Below are positions 1 to 7,977 of a stretch of DNA of 26,079 bases, piece after piece. The notes beneath the pieces were generated by a model that was given only the letters and a program-made list of their open reading frames with translations, made no database searches and was not told the origin of the DNA. This DNA comes from a virus (taxonomy: Duplodnaviria; Caudoviricetes). The translations under genes and the position numbers were made by a program. The DNA lies in the IMG/VR virus record IMGVR_UViG_3300032328_001489, positions 1 to 26,079 of that record. One strand, given 5' to 3'. The number at the start of each line of letters is the position of its first letter. Within the stretch, counting starts at the first letter, position 1.

Positions 1-1
1 T

Positions 2-178
2 ACATCAACTCCTACACCAACAGGAACTGCAGCTGAAACGCCAACTCCTACCGCTGAACCAACATCTACTCCAACACCTACATCAACTCCTACACCAACA
101 GGAACTGCAGCTGAAACGCCAACCCCTACCGATGAACCAACATCTACTCCAACACCTACATCAACTCCTACACCAACA
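2..178 (+). repeat. 78-bp (26-codon) in-frame tandem repeat, about 2.3 copies visible
   Basis: Units begin at 2, 80 and 158 (acatcaactcctacaccaaca...); the two full copies differ at 2 positions. Confidence 0.9.
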
Positions 179-508
179 CTGGCTCTTACCGATGTAACTA
201 TTGATATAGGAACACAAAACAGTGCAAATGGTTCAGGTGAAATAACAGTATACGCGTATACATCAGGAAATACTAATGTTGACACAAATGTTGTTGTTGG
301 ATTCAAGTGGGTGGGGGATTTATCAACTGAAATAACTGATACAGTCTTAATTACTAATGGAACATCTTGTGGTAACAATACTTTTGCTGGAGCTGAGATT
401 GGTGAAAATACTTCAACATTTGAAATAACAAGTATTACACCGATTTCTTCAGGAACTCAATCATATAGTGAAGGCTCTGCAAATTATCCAATTAATGCTT
501 GCCCTTAA
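2..508 (+). CDS. 3' part of a Pro/Thr-rich repeat protein (probable virion-surface/structural protein), 5'-truncated by the window
   Basis: Frame open from position 2 (TSTPTPTGTAAETPTPTAEP...) and in frame with the listed 311..508 ORF; PT-rich linker followed by a beta-rich C-terminal domain ending ...PINACP*. Confidence 0.85.
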   Translation, partial: TSTPTPTGTAAETPTPTAEPTSTPTPTSTPTPTGTAAETPTPTDEPTSTPTPTSTPTPTLALTDVTIDIGTQNSANGSGEITVYAYTSGNTNVDTNVVVGFKWVGDLSTEITDTVLITNGTSCGNNTFAGAEIGENTSTFEITSITPISSGTQSYSEGSANYPINACP

Positions 509-545
509 ATCAATTTAAAATAATAAAAAATCTGCTTTTTATTGA

Positions 546-552
546 TATTTAT
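546..552 (+). promoter_or_regulatory. TATTTAT putative phage (late) promoter of the holin-like gene
   Basis: Same heptamer precedes at least 13 genes in the window. Confidence 0.6.
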
Positions 553-573
553 TGGTAAGTAAATTACCAAAAT

Positions 574-834
574 ATGAACAAATTTTTAGCAGCAATCAAA
601 AGCTTATTTTCAGATGAGCACGGAGTAATCTCCATGAAACGTCTTTGTGGTTTATTATGTACCATCTCTTTGACAGTTACATTATACCAAAACAGTTTCA
701 GTGAACAACATTACGCACCTTCAAGAGAATTGGTAGATGCGGTTGCATTATTAGCATTCGGTTGTCTAGGTTTATCAAGTGTTGATAAAATCTGGGGAAA
801 GAAACAAAAAGACACAAGCTCAGAATCTGAGTAA
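574..834 (+). CDS. small two-TM membrane protein, holin-like
   Basis: 86 aa; SMKRL motif, two hydrophobic segments (LCGLLCTISLTVTLY; AVALLAFGCLGLSSV), charged C-tail. Holin call is inference. Confidence 0.55.
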   Translation: MNKFLAAIKSLFSDEHGVISMKRLCGLLCTISLTVTLYQNSFSEQHYAPSRELVDAVALLAFGCLGLSSVDKIWGKKQKDTSSESE

Positions 835-841
835 AAAATTT

Positions 842-874
842 AAGTCCCCACTCATAAGGTGGGGATTTTTGTTT
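842..874 (+). terminator. intrinsic terminator
   Basis: Stem tccccac(845-851)/gtgggga(859-865) followed by tttttgttt. Confidence 0.85.
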
Positions 875-895
875 CTGTTAGGTATTTATTGATGT

Positions 896-1867
896 ATGAA
901 TATAATCATCACAAATGAACAATTAGACAAATTAATTCCCTTAGAAGATATTGAGTTTGTAAAAAAGTATAAGGAACAAACAGGACATTATCCTAAGTTT
1001 AGAGAATTACAAAACAATCCTGCAAAAGTTGGTGATTACATTCCCACTCATTCCAAAAAAAATATTGGACTTAAAAGGTATGTTGATAAATATTTGGGTA
1101 AATATTTGAACTATATTAATTCTAACTTGGCATCGAAATCAGAAGAATCGTTTGAAAAGGGTCCTGTGGGTTCAAGAAATTATATTTCTATTGATGGAAA
1201 ACATGTTTTGAGAAGTGAATTAGAGGCTTTAACTTATAACATTTTTGTTTTAGAAAATTTACAAGATGAAATTGAAGTTGATTCAAAAATATTTCTAAAA
1301 TCATGTAATAAAATACCAGATTTTGTTTGGGAAAACAAAAAAATAATAATTGAAGTTGCTGGAAGGGAAGATGAAGGATATAAAAATAAATTAGAAGATG
1401 CCGAAGATTGTTTCAAAAAAATGGGATACAAAGTTTATGTCATTAATGCAAGAGCTTTTGAAAAACAAGGGAAATATGTTAATTATTATTTGTATTTGTG
1501 TGACTTGTTAGGTTTTGAGCCGAAACAAGAAGTAATTGAATCTCCGTACAAATACTTAGGATATAAAGATGTTGATAGAAAGTTTAGACAAAAATATATT
1601 GACAATAACATAAATAAATTACCGCTTAACTTCACCCAACAATATACATTGAACAAATACCTGAACCAATTGTATGGATATGGAATTAAAGAATATAAAA
1701 AAAGGAATGATATGAAACGTTTCAGAAATTCACCCGATAAAAAAGAAATTCAACAATTCAAGACAGAACATCCTAATTTATCTAACAAAGAAATTGCTGA
1801 TTATTTTGGTGTGAGTAAAAATACTGTTCAAAGAATCACATTTGGGAATGAAGGATTAGATAAATAA
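896..1867 (+). CDS. PD-(D/E)XK-type endonuclease with C-terminal HTH (homing-endonuclease-like)
   Basis: RSELE...IPDF...IIIEVAG motif; HTH LSNKEIADYFGVSKNTVQR; TATTTAT at 883-889. Confidence 0.65.
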   Translation: MNIIITNEQLDKLIPLEDIEFVKKYKEQTGHYPKFRELQNNPAKVGDYIPTHSKKNIGLKRYVDKYLGKYLNYINSNLASKSEESFEKGPVGSRNYISIDGKHVLRSELEALTYNIFVLENLQDEIEVDSKIFLKSCNKIPDFVWENKKIIIEVAGREDEGYKNKLEDAEDCFKKMGYKVYVINARAFEKQGKYVNYYLYLCDLLGFEPKQEVIESPYKYLGYKDVDRKFRQKYIDNNINKLPLNFTQQYTLNKYLNQLYGYGIKEYKKRNDMKRFRNSPDKKEIQQFKTEHPNLSNKEIADYFGVSKNTVQRITFGNEGLDK

Positions 1868-1880
1868 TCCGAAAAAATAT

Positions 1881-1888
1881 TATTTTTG
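1881..1888 (+). promoter_or_regulatory. Bacteroidota-type -7 promoter element (TAnnTTTG)
   Basis: TATTTTTG, 4 nt before ATG 1893. Confidence 0.6.
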
Positions 1889-1892
1889 TATC

Positions 1893-2150
1893 ATGGGAGT
1901 ATCTATAAATCAAAAAGAAGTCGTAAAACCAACAAAATGGGAGGTTGTTTATGAGGATGAGGATTGTATATCCATTTGGAGATATAACTCGAAAATAACG
2001 ACCTCAGGACCCGTAGAAGTGGAATACAAATGGAAGAGACATTATAATCCTTGGGGTCAGAAGAAAAAGACTTTGGGTGAATTAGCAAAAGAGGAAAAAA
2101 AGAAAAAGAAATTAGAGAAGTCTCAACTTGGAATCAATTATTCTTCTTAA
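1893..2150 (+). CDS. hypothetical protein, basic C-terminus
   Basis: 85-aa ORF with promoter element directly upstream. Confidence 0.7.
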   Translation: MGVSINQKEVVKPTKWEVVYEDEDCISIWRYNSKITTSGPVEVEYKWKRHYNPWGQKKKTLGELAKEEKKKKKLEKSQLGINYSS

Positions 2151-2765
2151 TTCTAAAAGAGTTTTTCTATCCAAAGAATTAACAACTTCTGATGTGTTTT
2201 CAAGTACAAGTTTGTTAAGTAGAGATTCTTGAACAGGTTTGTCATTTACTTCATATACTCTACCGTAATCATAATCATTCACCTCGAAATTTTCATAGTC
2301 AGTAGGACTTCTTTCACGAGCATTATACATGTCCCAACTACCATCGTTGTTTCGTTGTGTTGCAGATTCTAGTACCCAATCTTTATCATAAGAATCCATT
2401 TCTTGAGTAAAATATTCTGTATAGGTACAACTACCGTTTACGTCATAATCCAAATTATAACTTTTTGCAACAGGTATAACTAATTGCTCAATTAATTCCC
2501 TGTTATTGATTTGTTCACGATTGTTTGCAAAAAGGTCGGCTACTAAATTATCGTTAATTTCTAAAAATTTTGCAAAAAACTCAACATCTTCGTGAGTTAC
2601 AATAATATTAAAATATTTTGAAACCGATTGCAAAATTTCATACGCGTCGTCAAAATCATCTGTATATGGATTCCCAATAGGAAAATCTTCATCAACTAAT
2701 TTTTCAGCAATGAATGCTAATTGTTTTTTTGGTAATCTTGAAAATTGACTTTGTTCCGCTGCCAT
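2112..2765 (-). CDS. hypothetical acidic protein
   Basis: 217-aa ORF; TATTTAT (2770-2776, minus) 4 nt upstream. Confidence 0.85.
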   Translation of the reverse strand: MAAEQSQFSRLPKKQLAFIAEKLVDEDFPIGNPYTDDFDDAYEILQSVSKYFNIIVTHEDVEFFAKFLEINDNLVADLFANNREQINNRELIEQLVIPVAKSYNLDYDVNGSCTYTEYFTQEMDSYDKDWVLESATQRNNDGSWDMYNARERSPTDYENFEVNDYDYGRVYEVNDKPVQESLLNKLVLENTSEVVNSLDRKTLLELRRIIDSKLRLL

Positions 2766-2777
2766 GATTATAAATAT

Positions 2778-2805
2778 AAAAAAGGTGAGATTTCTCTCAC
2801 CTTTT
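2778..2805 (-). terminator. intrinsic terminator (possibly bidirectional)
   Basis: aaaggtgaga-tttc-tctcaccttt perfect 10-bp stem with A/T tracts on both sides, at the end of the 2804..3145 gene. Confidence 0.8.
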
Positions 2806-3145
2806 AATCATTTAGTCTTTCTTTATGACTATTCAAGACTGCTAATATATTTTCTCTACCTACAGGATTTGCCGAATGACAATTAAATTCGGGTAATGGT
2901 AAACCGTTAGTCCAACAATAATCACACATCCATTTAGCAGCATCATATCCTGTTTTTTCCTCATACTTGAAACTTTCAGTATAAGTTTTTGAGTCATAAT
3001 GAATTTCAGCTAAATCGTGGTCGAAAGATACTTCATTAGGTAATCCATTTTTTGTAATCCAACTTACAAAATCATCGTAAGTTCTAACAATATCCCACCC
3101 TTCAGTTTTAGGACATCTTACATCATCAAGATATAGTTTTTTCAT
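2804..3145 (-). CDS. cyclic-phosphate-processing receiver-like (cREC) domain protein
   Basis: LYLDDVR, SFDHDL, TGYDAAKW and HSANPVG motifs typical of this stand-alone receiver-fold family. Confidence 0.8.
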   Translation of the reverse strand: MKKLYLDDVRCPKTEGWDIVRTYDDFVSWITKNGLPNEVSFDHDLAEIHYDSKTYTESFKYEEKTGYDAAKWMCDYCWTNGLPLPEFNCHSANPVGRENILAVLNSHKERLND

Positions 3146-3351
3146 TTCTTTTTTTGTTTTTTATAGGATTTATTTCCTACAATTTGATATGCCTCGGCTA
3201 AAGACATTACTGCATCATCAATAAGTTTTTTAGCCTTTTTTATTTTTTTTGTTAATGGATGACTAACTAAGTGGTCGTCTATCATACATGTTTGTACATG
3301 TAATCTATCCATTAATTCTAAATAATGACCATCGTTTATTTTATTTTTCAT
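3142..3351 (-). CDS. hypothetical protein
   Basis: 69 aa; 4-nt ATGA overlaps with both neighbours. Confidence 0.75.
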   Translation of the reverse strand: MKNKINDGHYLELMDRLHVQTCMIDDHLVSHPLTKKIKKAKKLIDDAVMSLAEAYQIVGNKSYKKQKKK

Positions 3352-4028
3352 GGGTAATCAATTTGTTTTGTTTCGATATCAAAATCTACAACAATTGGTT
3401 TATTTTCATATTCATATCTTTCATTAAGGACAGATGCATTTAAGAATTCAACACCATTAAAGTTTTTTTGACCGTAAGCACAATGGATATGTCCACAAAC
3501 ATGGATTTTCGGTTGAACTTCCATGATTCTGTGAAATAAATCTTCACAACCAACTCTTTGTCCACTTGGAGTCCAATCTAACATTCCGTGTGCGGGACCA
3601 TGAGTAATTAATATATCAGTATTACCAGGGATTTTTGCCCACTTCTCAGCAAGTTTTTCTCCTCTTGGTAAGTTGAATGCCCAATCATAAAATTCAGGTT
3701 GCCAAGGGCTACCATAGAACTTTACACCGTCAATTACAACTTCACTATCAAAAAGATAGATAATACCTTTTTCTTTGAATTCATCGGCAATATCGTGATG
3801 TAATTCAAAACCAAAATCGTGGTTTCCCGCAATAAAGATTTTGTGTTTGAAATCAGTCATAGCAAACCAATTTAAAAAGTTGGTTATTTCATGACTTTTA
3901 CCCATACTGGTACAATCTCCCGAGTGAATTAGAACATCACCGCTTCCAAGTATGTTATTGTACGCTTTACTTGTTAAGTGGTTGTGCTTGTTATGAGTGT
4001 CTGATATAAAAGTATATTTTTTAGTCAT
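3348..4028 (-). CDS. calcineurin-like metallophosphoesterase (MPPED/239FB-like)
   Basis: SDTH, HSGD, AGNHD, ITHGP and CGHIH motifs. Confidence 0.9.
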   Translation of the reverse strand: MTKKYTFISDTHNKHNHLTSKAYNNILGSGDVLIHSGDCTSMGKSHEITNFLNWFAMTDFKHKIFIAGNHDFGFELHHDIADEFKEKGIIYLFDSEVVIDGVKFYGSPWQPEFYDWAFNLPRGEKLAEKWAKIPGNTDILITHGPAHGMLDWTPSGQRVGCEDLFHRIMEVQPKIHVCGHIHCAYGQKNFNGVEFLNASVLNERYEYENKPIVVDFDIETKQIDYP

Positions 4029-4674
4029 TTTGATTCTTTTTATTTTTTTTACAATTAGGACCGTGCCATCTTACATAATTCCCACCACCAGCAAATATAC
4101 CACAAACTTCGCACTTTTTTTTATTTTTACTAGGATTTTTTTCAAAAGAAAAAAGAGACGGATGGTTTTTTAGAATATTAGGGTTTCTCATTGGGTTTTT
4201 ATCTCCATCAATTCTACCTTTACTAGATAATCCAATATTTTTTCTATGCTCCTCTGAAAATTTTTTTCCCTTACTCCAAGAGGATTTTCCCTTTTTTGAC
4301 TCGGATATATTTCTTTTATGTTCTTCTGTAAATGGTTTAAGTTTTCTTCCCTTTAATCTTTTACTATGTAAAATCGAGCATTCCTTTTTTATTCTTTCAT
4401 ATTGTTGCCCTGATATTACATAATCCCTCAACTGATTTTTTCCTTTCCTCATCATACATTCCAAAGACTTTAAAAGAGAATAATTTTTGGGATATATTTC
4501 ACAAAGAATTTGATGTATTATCCAATGCTCTTTTGCGGTTAATTTTACTAAATTAACTTTTTCATTTCCTCCACCAAGACATTTCGGTAAAATATGGTGA
4601 GTTTCAGTATAACCTGAAATCTCTCTGTTTTTCGCTCTATAAATTATAGAATCATGAATTTTTTTATAGTCCAT
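4021..4674 (-). CDS. HNH homing endonuclease with NUMOD3-like repeats
   Basis: ETHHILPKCLGG..N..NLV.LTAKEH..IH HNH signature; two (F)S/TEEH(K/R)..I repeats; start re-assigned to ATG 4674 with TATTTAT 4 nt upstream (4679-4685). Confidence 0.9.
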   Translation of the reverse strand: MDYKKIHDSIIYRAKNREISGYTETHHILPKCLGGGNEKVNLVKLTAKEHWIIHQILCEIYPKNYSLLKSLECMMRKGKNQLRDYVISGQQYERIKKECSILHSKRLKGRKLKPFTEEHKRNISESKKGKSSWSKGKKFSEEHRKNIGLSSKGRIDGDKNPMRNPNILKNHPSLFSFEKNPSKNKKKCEVCGIFAGGGNYVRWHGPNCKKNKKNQND

Positions 4675-4724
4675 ATAAATAAATATCACGGACAAGAACT
4701 AAAAGATACTTTTATAAATATTTT

Positions 4725-4877
4725 TCAACCTAACCAATCTTTGTCTTCATCACCTAATTCTAAAAAGTCTTCACCTTTATATTCAGGATGATTTTCTTTC
4801 ATATAATCGATTCCTCGAACCCAAAGGTACGAAATTATTGCCACAACTGCAACCATTAATAAATAAACTTTCCACAT
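4725..4877 (-). CDS. small membrane-anchored protein (50 aa, not in ORF track)
   Basis: MWKVYLLMVAVVAIISYLWVRGIDYMKENHPEYKGEDFLELGDEDKDWLG*; fills the gap in a same-strand gene run. Confidence 0.75.
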   Translation of the reverse strand: MWKVYLLMVAVVAIISYLWVRGIDYMKENHPEYKGEDFLELGDEDKDWLG

Positions 4878-4892
4878 ATATTATAATTTTAA

Positions 4893-5495
4893 CTAATCCC
4901 ACCAACTTTTCATTCCTGACCCATCAAACCAATCATTCCAAACACCCTCATCTTGTTTTTCTTCATCAGTTTTACTGTTGTAGATTTTACTAAACTCATT
5001 CATATCTTGTCCGTGAATAATTGACCACAGTTCTTTCCATTCAGAAATTTCAATTTCTCTAGCTCTCTCAAACACTTTTTTATTATGTATTTGTTCTTCC
5101 TCAGTATCTTCTCTATCAGTCCATAGACAATCAGAGTTTTTTATTTTACCTAATTCTTTTTCCGCAATCTTAACATATTCATCACTACGAACGTTCTTGA
5201 ATAATTGAATTGCTCGTTTCATCTTTTCAACCTTTTTCATTCTTGATTCTTCTACTTCATGTCCGTGATTCTCAATCGTATCCACAGTTTTTTCTAATGA
5301 ACGACGGAACAAATCAAGATTAAATGAATAATCCCAAGAACGGAATGCATATAATTCTTTTCTAAAAAACCAAATGTTTTCTAAAAAATACGGTAAATCT
5401 CTACGAAAAAATTCATAGGTTTTGTACCACCAAGTTTGTTGTCTTGATAATCTTTTTAATGATTTCCAAAAACTATCTGCGAATTCTACTTTCAT
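4893..5495 (-). CDS. hypothetical phage protein (Trp-rich, helical)
   Basis: Start re-assigned to ATG 5495 (MKVEFADSFW), 4 nt after TATATTTG. Confidence 0.8.
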   Translation of the reverse strand: MKVEFADSFWKSLKRLSRQQTWWYKTYEFFRRDLPYFLENIWFFRKELYAFRSWDYSFNLDLFRRSLEKTVDTIENHGHEVEESRMKKVEKMKRAIQLFKNVRSDEYVKIAEKELGKIKNSDCLWTDREDTEEEQIHNKKVFERAREIEISEWKELWSIIHGQDMNEFSKIYNSKTDEEKQDEGVWNDWFDGSGMKSWWD

Positions 5496-5499
5496 ATTG

Positions 5500-5530
5500 C
5501 AAATATAATAAAAAAATAAGACCCGACAAA
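5500..5530 (-). promoter_or_regulatory. Bacteroidota-type -33/-7 promoter
   Basis: Minus strand TTTG-N19-TATATTTG-caat-ATG. Confidence 0.75.
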
Positions 5531-5587
5531 ATAAATTTCGCGGGTCTTTTGGAAAGGGATATATGAGAACACTCTTTCGAGCGATGT
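5510..5587 (-). ncRNA. candidate small RNA 2 (late-type promoter, GAAA hairpin, CU-rich linker, terminator)
   Basis: TATTTAT at 5592-5598, hairpin CGCUC-GAAA-GAGUG, linker UUCUCAUAUAUCCCUUUCC, stem AAGACCCG/CGGGUCUU plus U-tract. Confidence 0.5.
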
Positions 5588-5630
5588 ACAAATAAATATA
5601 TTCAAATTATAAAAATATACTTTTACAATA

Positions 5631-6044
5631 TCAAGAGAACAACTTTTCTACTCTTTTTAACAAATTTTCATCAAATTTAATACCATGTCTCTCCTTAAAA
5701 TTCTTTAAAAGTGATTTTATTGAGTTGGTATATCCTTTTTCTTTTAATAAAATATACGCACCTAAATCTGCGTCTAATTCATCCTCCGAAATTCTTGGAC
5801 CATCATGACCTAAGATTACGTGAGAAATTTCATGAGCCTCAATAAACTTTAAAACATCAACATTAAAATTATTTAATATGTTTTCACCATCTATTATAAC
5901 TAAATTTTTGTTTGGAACCATAAAACCGTAACCATATTCCTCAAACATAGGAAGTAACTGTTCATATTGGGAATTATCTCCAAATACAACTGCGATGGTT
6001 ACTTCAGGTAAAAATTCACTATTATATGATAAAGGTTCCGACAA
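5631..6044 (-). CDS. HExxH zinc metallopeptidase-like protein (ImmA/IrrE- or M48-like)
   Basis: AHEISH followed by ELDAD; TTG start. Confidence 0.7.
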   Translation of the reverse strand: MSEPLSYNSEFLPEVTIAVVFGDNSQYEQLLPMFEEYGYGFMVPNKNLVIIDGENILNNFNVDVLKFIEAHEISHVILGHDGPRISEDELDADLGAYILLKEKGYTNSIKSLLKNFKERHGIKFDENLLKRVEKLFS

Positions 6045-6267
6045 ATTGATTGTTTTTATTCTTATATGTAGCCCAAAAATTACTTTTTAAACGACTCATT
6101 GTTGATAACTCCGACATAGTTAAATTATTTCCAATATGTTTTCTTTCCCAAAGTTCAAAGCATTTAAGTACAGCATCCATTTGGGTTTTAGATTTAGCGG
6201 ACTCCAAAACACGGATAATCCATTCAAAATCCTGAAAAGCGTTTTTTAAATTAAATTGTATTATCAT
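6022..6267 (-). CDS. hypothetical protein
   Basis: Start re-assigned to ATG 6267; TATCTTTG element at 6279-6286 (minus). Confidence 0.7.
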   Translation of the reverse strand: MIIQFNLKNAFQDFEWIIRVLESAKSKTQMDAVLKCFELWERKHIGNNLTMSELSTMSRLKSNFWATYKNKNNQFVGTFII

Positions 6268-6292
6268 AACTTTTTTTACAAAGATAAGGAAT

Positions 6293-7135
6293 TTACGCAA
6301 GTAATTTATAATATTCTTTGAAATGTTTGATTCTGTCAGGTAATCCGATAGTCCCTCCGTTTACTCTTTTAGTAATCTTGGTTACAACTAAATCACTGGC
6401 ACCTTCATCTGCCATTTTATGTAATCCGTTTTTACTGAAGAACCAAGCAGCGGATAATAACGCATAATGTGTTGCCACTTTATCAGGATTTGCTGTCATG
6501 TCCTCGTTGATTGCTTTACCGAATGCGGTATAATTGTCTTTACCTGTTAATTGGATATAACCTCTTCCACGAAATTTATATCCATCTCCAGTAGACTCAG
6601 GACCATTACCCATTCTTCCACCATAAACTCTACTTGCAATTTTTTGTGGATTTCTTTGATATGATTCTGCTAAACCAGATTCTTTAAAGTATTTTGAAAA
6701 AATACCTCTGAGACCACTTGCGGAGTAGTTTAGATTTTCTTGGGTTGCTCTAAATCCACCACTTTCATGACCACACTGAGCTAAAAAGTGTGCAAGTCTT
6801 AGTGGTGTATTGATTTCAAATTTAGCCGCTGTGTCAGGTATTTGAGCAATTACTGCATCAGGAATATGACCCCTCAGGTTCTCTAATTTTAATCCGCCTA
6901 CAGATGCAATTGGCTTAACAACAGGTACAGAAGGTTCAGTTATCAATTCTTGAGAACCAAACATTTTATTCCAAGTACCTTCACCAACAATACCATCGGC
7001 TGCAAGGTCATTATCGATTTGCCATTTTTTTACTGCTTTTTCAGTTCCAGGTCCAAAAGCACCATCGGCACTAAGACCTAATTTTTGTTGGAGTTTTTTA
7101 ACGTCATCTCCTCTTGACCCAATTTTTAGTAACAT
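6293..7135 (-). CDS. endolysin: N-terminal peptidoglycan-binding domain plus GH19 (chitinase/lysozyme-like) catalytic domain
   Basis: LKIGSRGDDVKKLQ..DGAFGPGT..DGIVG PG-binding motif; AHFLAQCGHES, ENLNY, GRGYIQLTG and TKRVNGG GH19 motifs. Confidence 0.95.
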   Translation of the reverse strand: MLLKIGSRGDDVKKLQQKLGLSADGAFGPGTEKAVKKWQIDNDLAADGIVGEGTWNKMFGSQELITEPSVPVVKPIASVGGLKLENLRGHIPDAVIAQIPDTAAKFEINTPLRLAHFLAQCGHESGGFRATQENLNYSASGLRGIFSKYFKESGLAESYQRNPQKIASRVYGGRMGNGPESTGDGYKFRGRGYIQLTGKDNYTAFGKAINEDMTANPDKVATHYALLSAAWFFSKNGLHKMADEGASDLVVTKITKRVNGGTIGLPDRIKHFKEYYKLLA

Positions 7136-7174
7136 AGTAATTTACATTTACTATAAATACTTTTATAGTTGGGT

Positions 7175-7381
7175 ATGAAAGTATTGCTGTCGCTTTTTTT
7201 GATTTTTTTAAGATTATGGGTTGGATACCATATCATATCTTGGTTAGTCGAAGAATATTCTCGTCCTGAATTTCACTCAATGTCAGAAATAGAATTTTAT
7301 TTAGTCGTGATGGTATTTGATGGTTGGATTTCAAAATCCCAAAACAATATAGACTTAAAAGTTACCAAAGAAGAAGATTAA
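7175..7381 (+). CDS. small membrane protein
   Basis: Two hydrophobic segments; ATG 7175 preferred to TTG 7169; divergent from the endolysin. Confidence 0.6.
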   Translation: MKVLLSLFLIFLRLWVGYHIISWLVEEYSRPEFHSMSEIEFYLVVMVFDGWISKSQNNIDLKVTKEED

Positions 7382-7478
7382 GATTATGATTTCAATGTCA
7401 TAATAATTTCAAAAAATCCCAATTTTATAGAAAAATAGTCAAGTTAATAGTATTTATTATTACCAAGATACTATCGCA

Positions 7479-7973
7479 ATGAATAAAGTTTTTCTATTCG
7501 TTATGAGTGCACTTTTATGTGTATTCCCTCATAATAATTCACAACAAACTCAAGAGATATGGGTGGATGCTGTCACAAACAAAATCCAAATAGGGTCTCT
7601 TGCAGGTAATCGAAACTTAGAGTTCGGTGTAAGAAATATCGTTGAAGAATTCTTACAAGAAAAAGACTATGAACTTAATCCCCAAGCAAAAAATAAACTA
7701 TCCATCGAGTTAGTTTATTTGGACGTGCTCAAAACAAAATCTAACGTATCCGTTTTCCACAAAAACGAAGAATCTGTTGTAATCAGACTCAAGGGTACAT
7801 TAAAATCAGATAATAAAAAAATAAAAGAGGTGATTGTCGAAGAGGAATCATCCGAAATCTCTATGTCCACTTTAATTGTGGATAACGGAGGTAAATTCAA
7901 CCAAACGTCGTTAAGTAATGCAATCAAAAAAGCTAGCGATAAGTTGGTGACTAAAATATTTGAAACAAAATAA
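7479..7973 (+). CDS. exported short CsgG-like protein (paralog of 11715..12434)
   Basis: Signal-peptide-like N-terminus; shares GV.NIV.E.L and KFNQ(T/S)..S...KKA with the 11715 protein; TATTTAT at 7451-7457. Confidence 0.6.
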   Translation: MNKVFLFVMSALLCVFPHNNSQQTQEIWVDAVTNKIQIGSLAGNRNLEFGVRNIVEEFLQEKDYELNPQAKNKLSIELVYLDVLKTKSNVSVFHKNEESVVIRLKGTLKSDNKKIKEVIVEEESSEISMSTLIVDNGGKFNQTSLSNAIKKASDKLVTKIFETK

Positions 7974-7977
7974 AAAA

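Noticed and set aside
2-178. CRISPR-like array
   Set aside because: Repeats are contiguous, in frame and coding, with no unique spacers; the same applies to 12911-12961.
4021-4720. Group I intron around the HNH gene
   Set aside because: Flanking genes are complete and there is no room for ribozyme core elements.
5496-5591. N-terminal extension of the 4893 ORF; likewise 24937..25245, 16032..17090, 17216..17761 and 10689..11348
   Set aside because: Extensions run through promoters, terminators, sRNA candidates or upstream genes; downstream ATGs fit the promoter spacing.
7383-7404. attatga/tcataat inverted repeat
   Set aside because: AT-only 7-bp stem without a U-tract; too weak to call.
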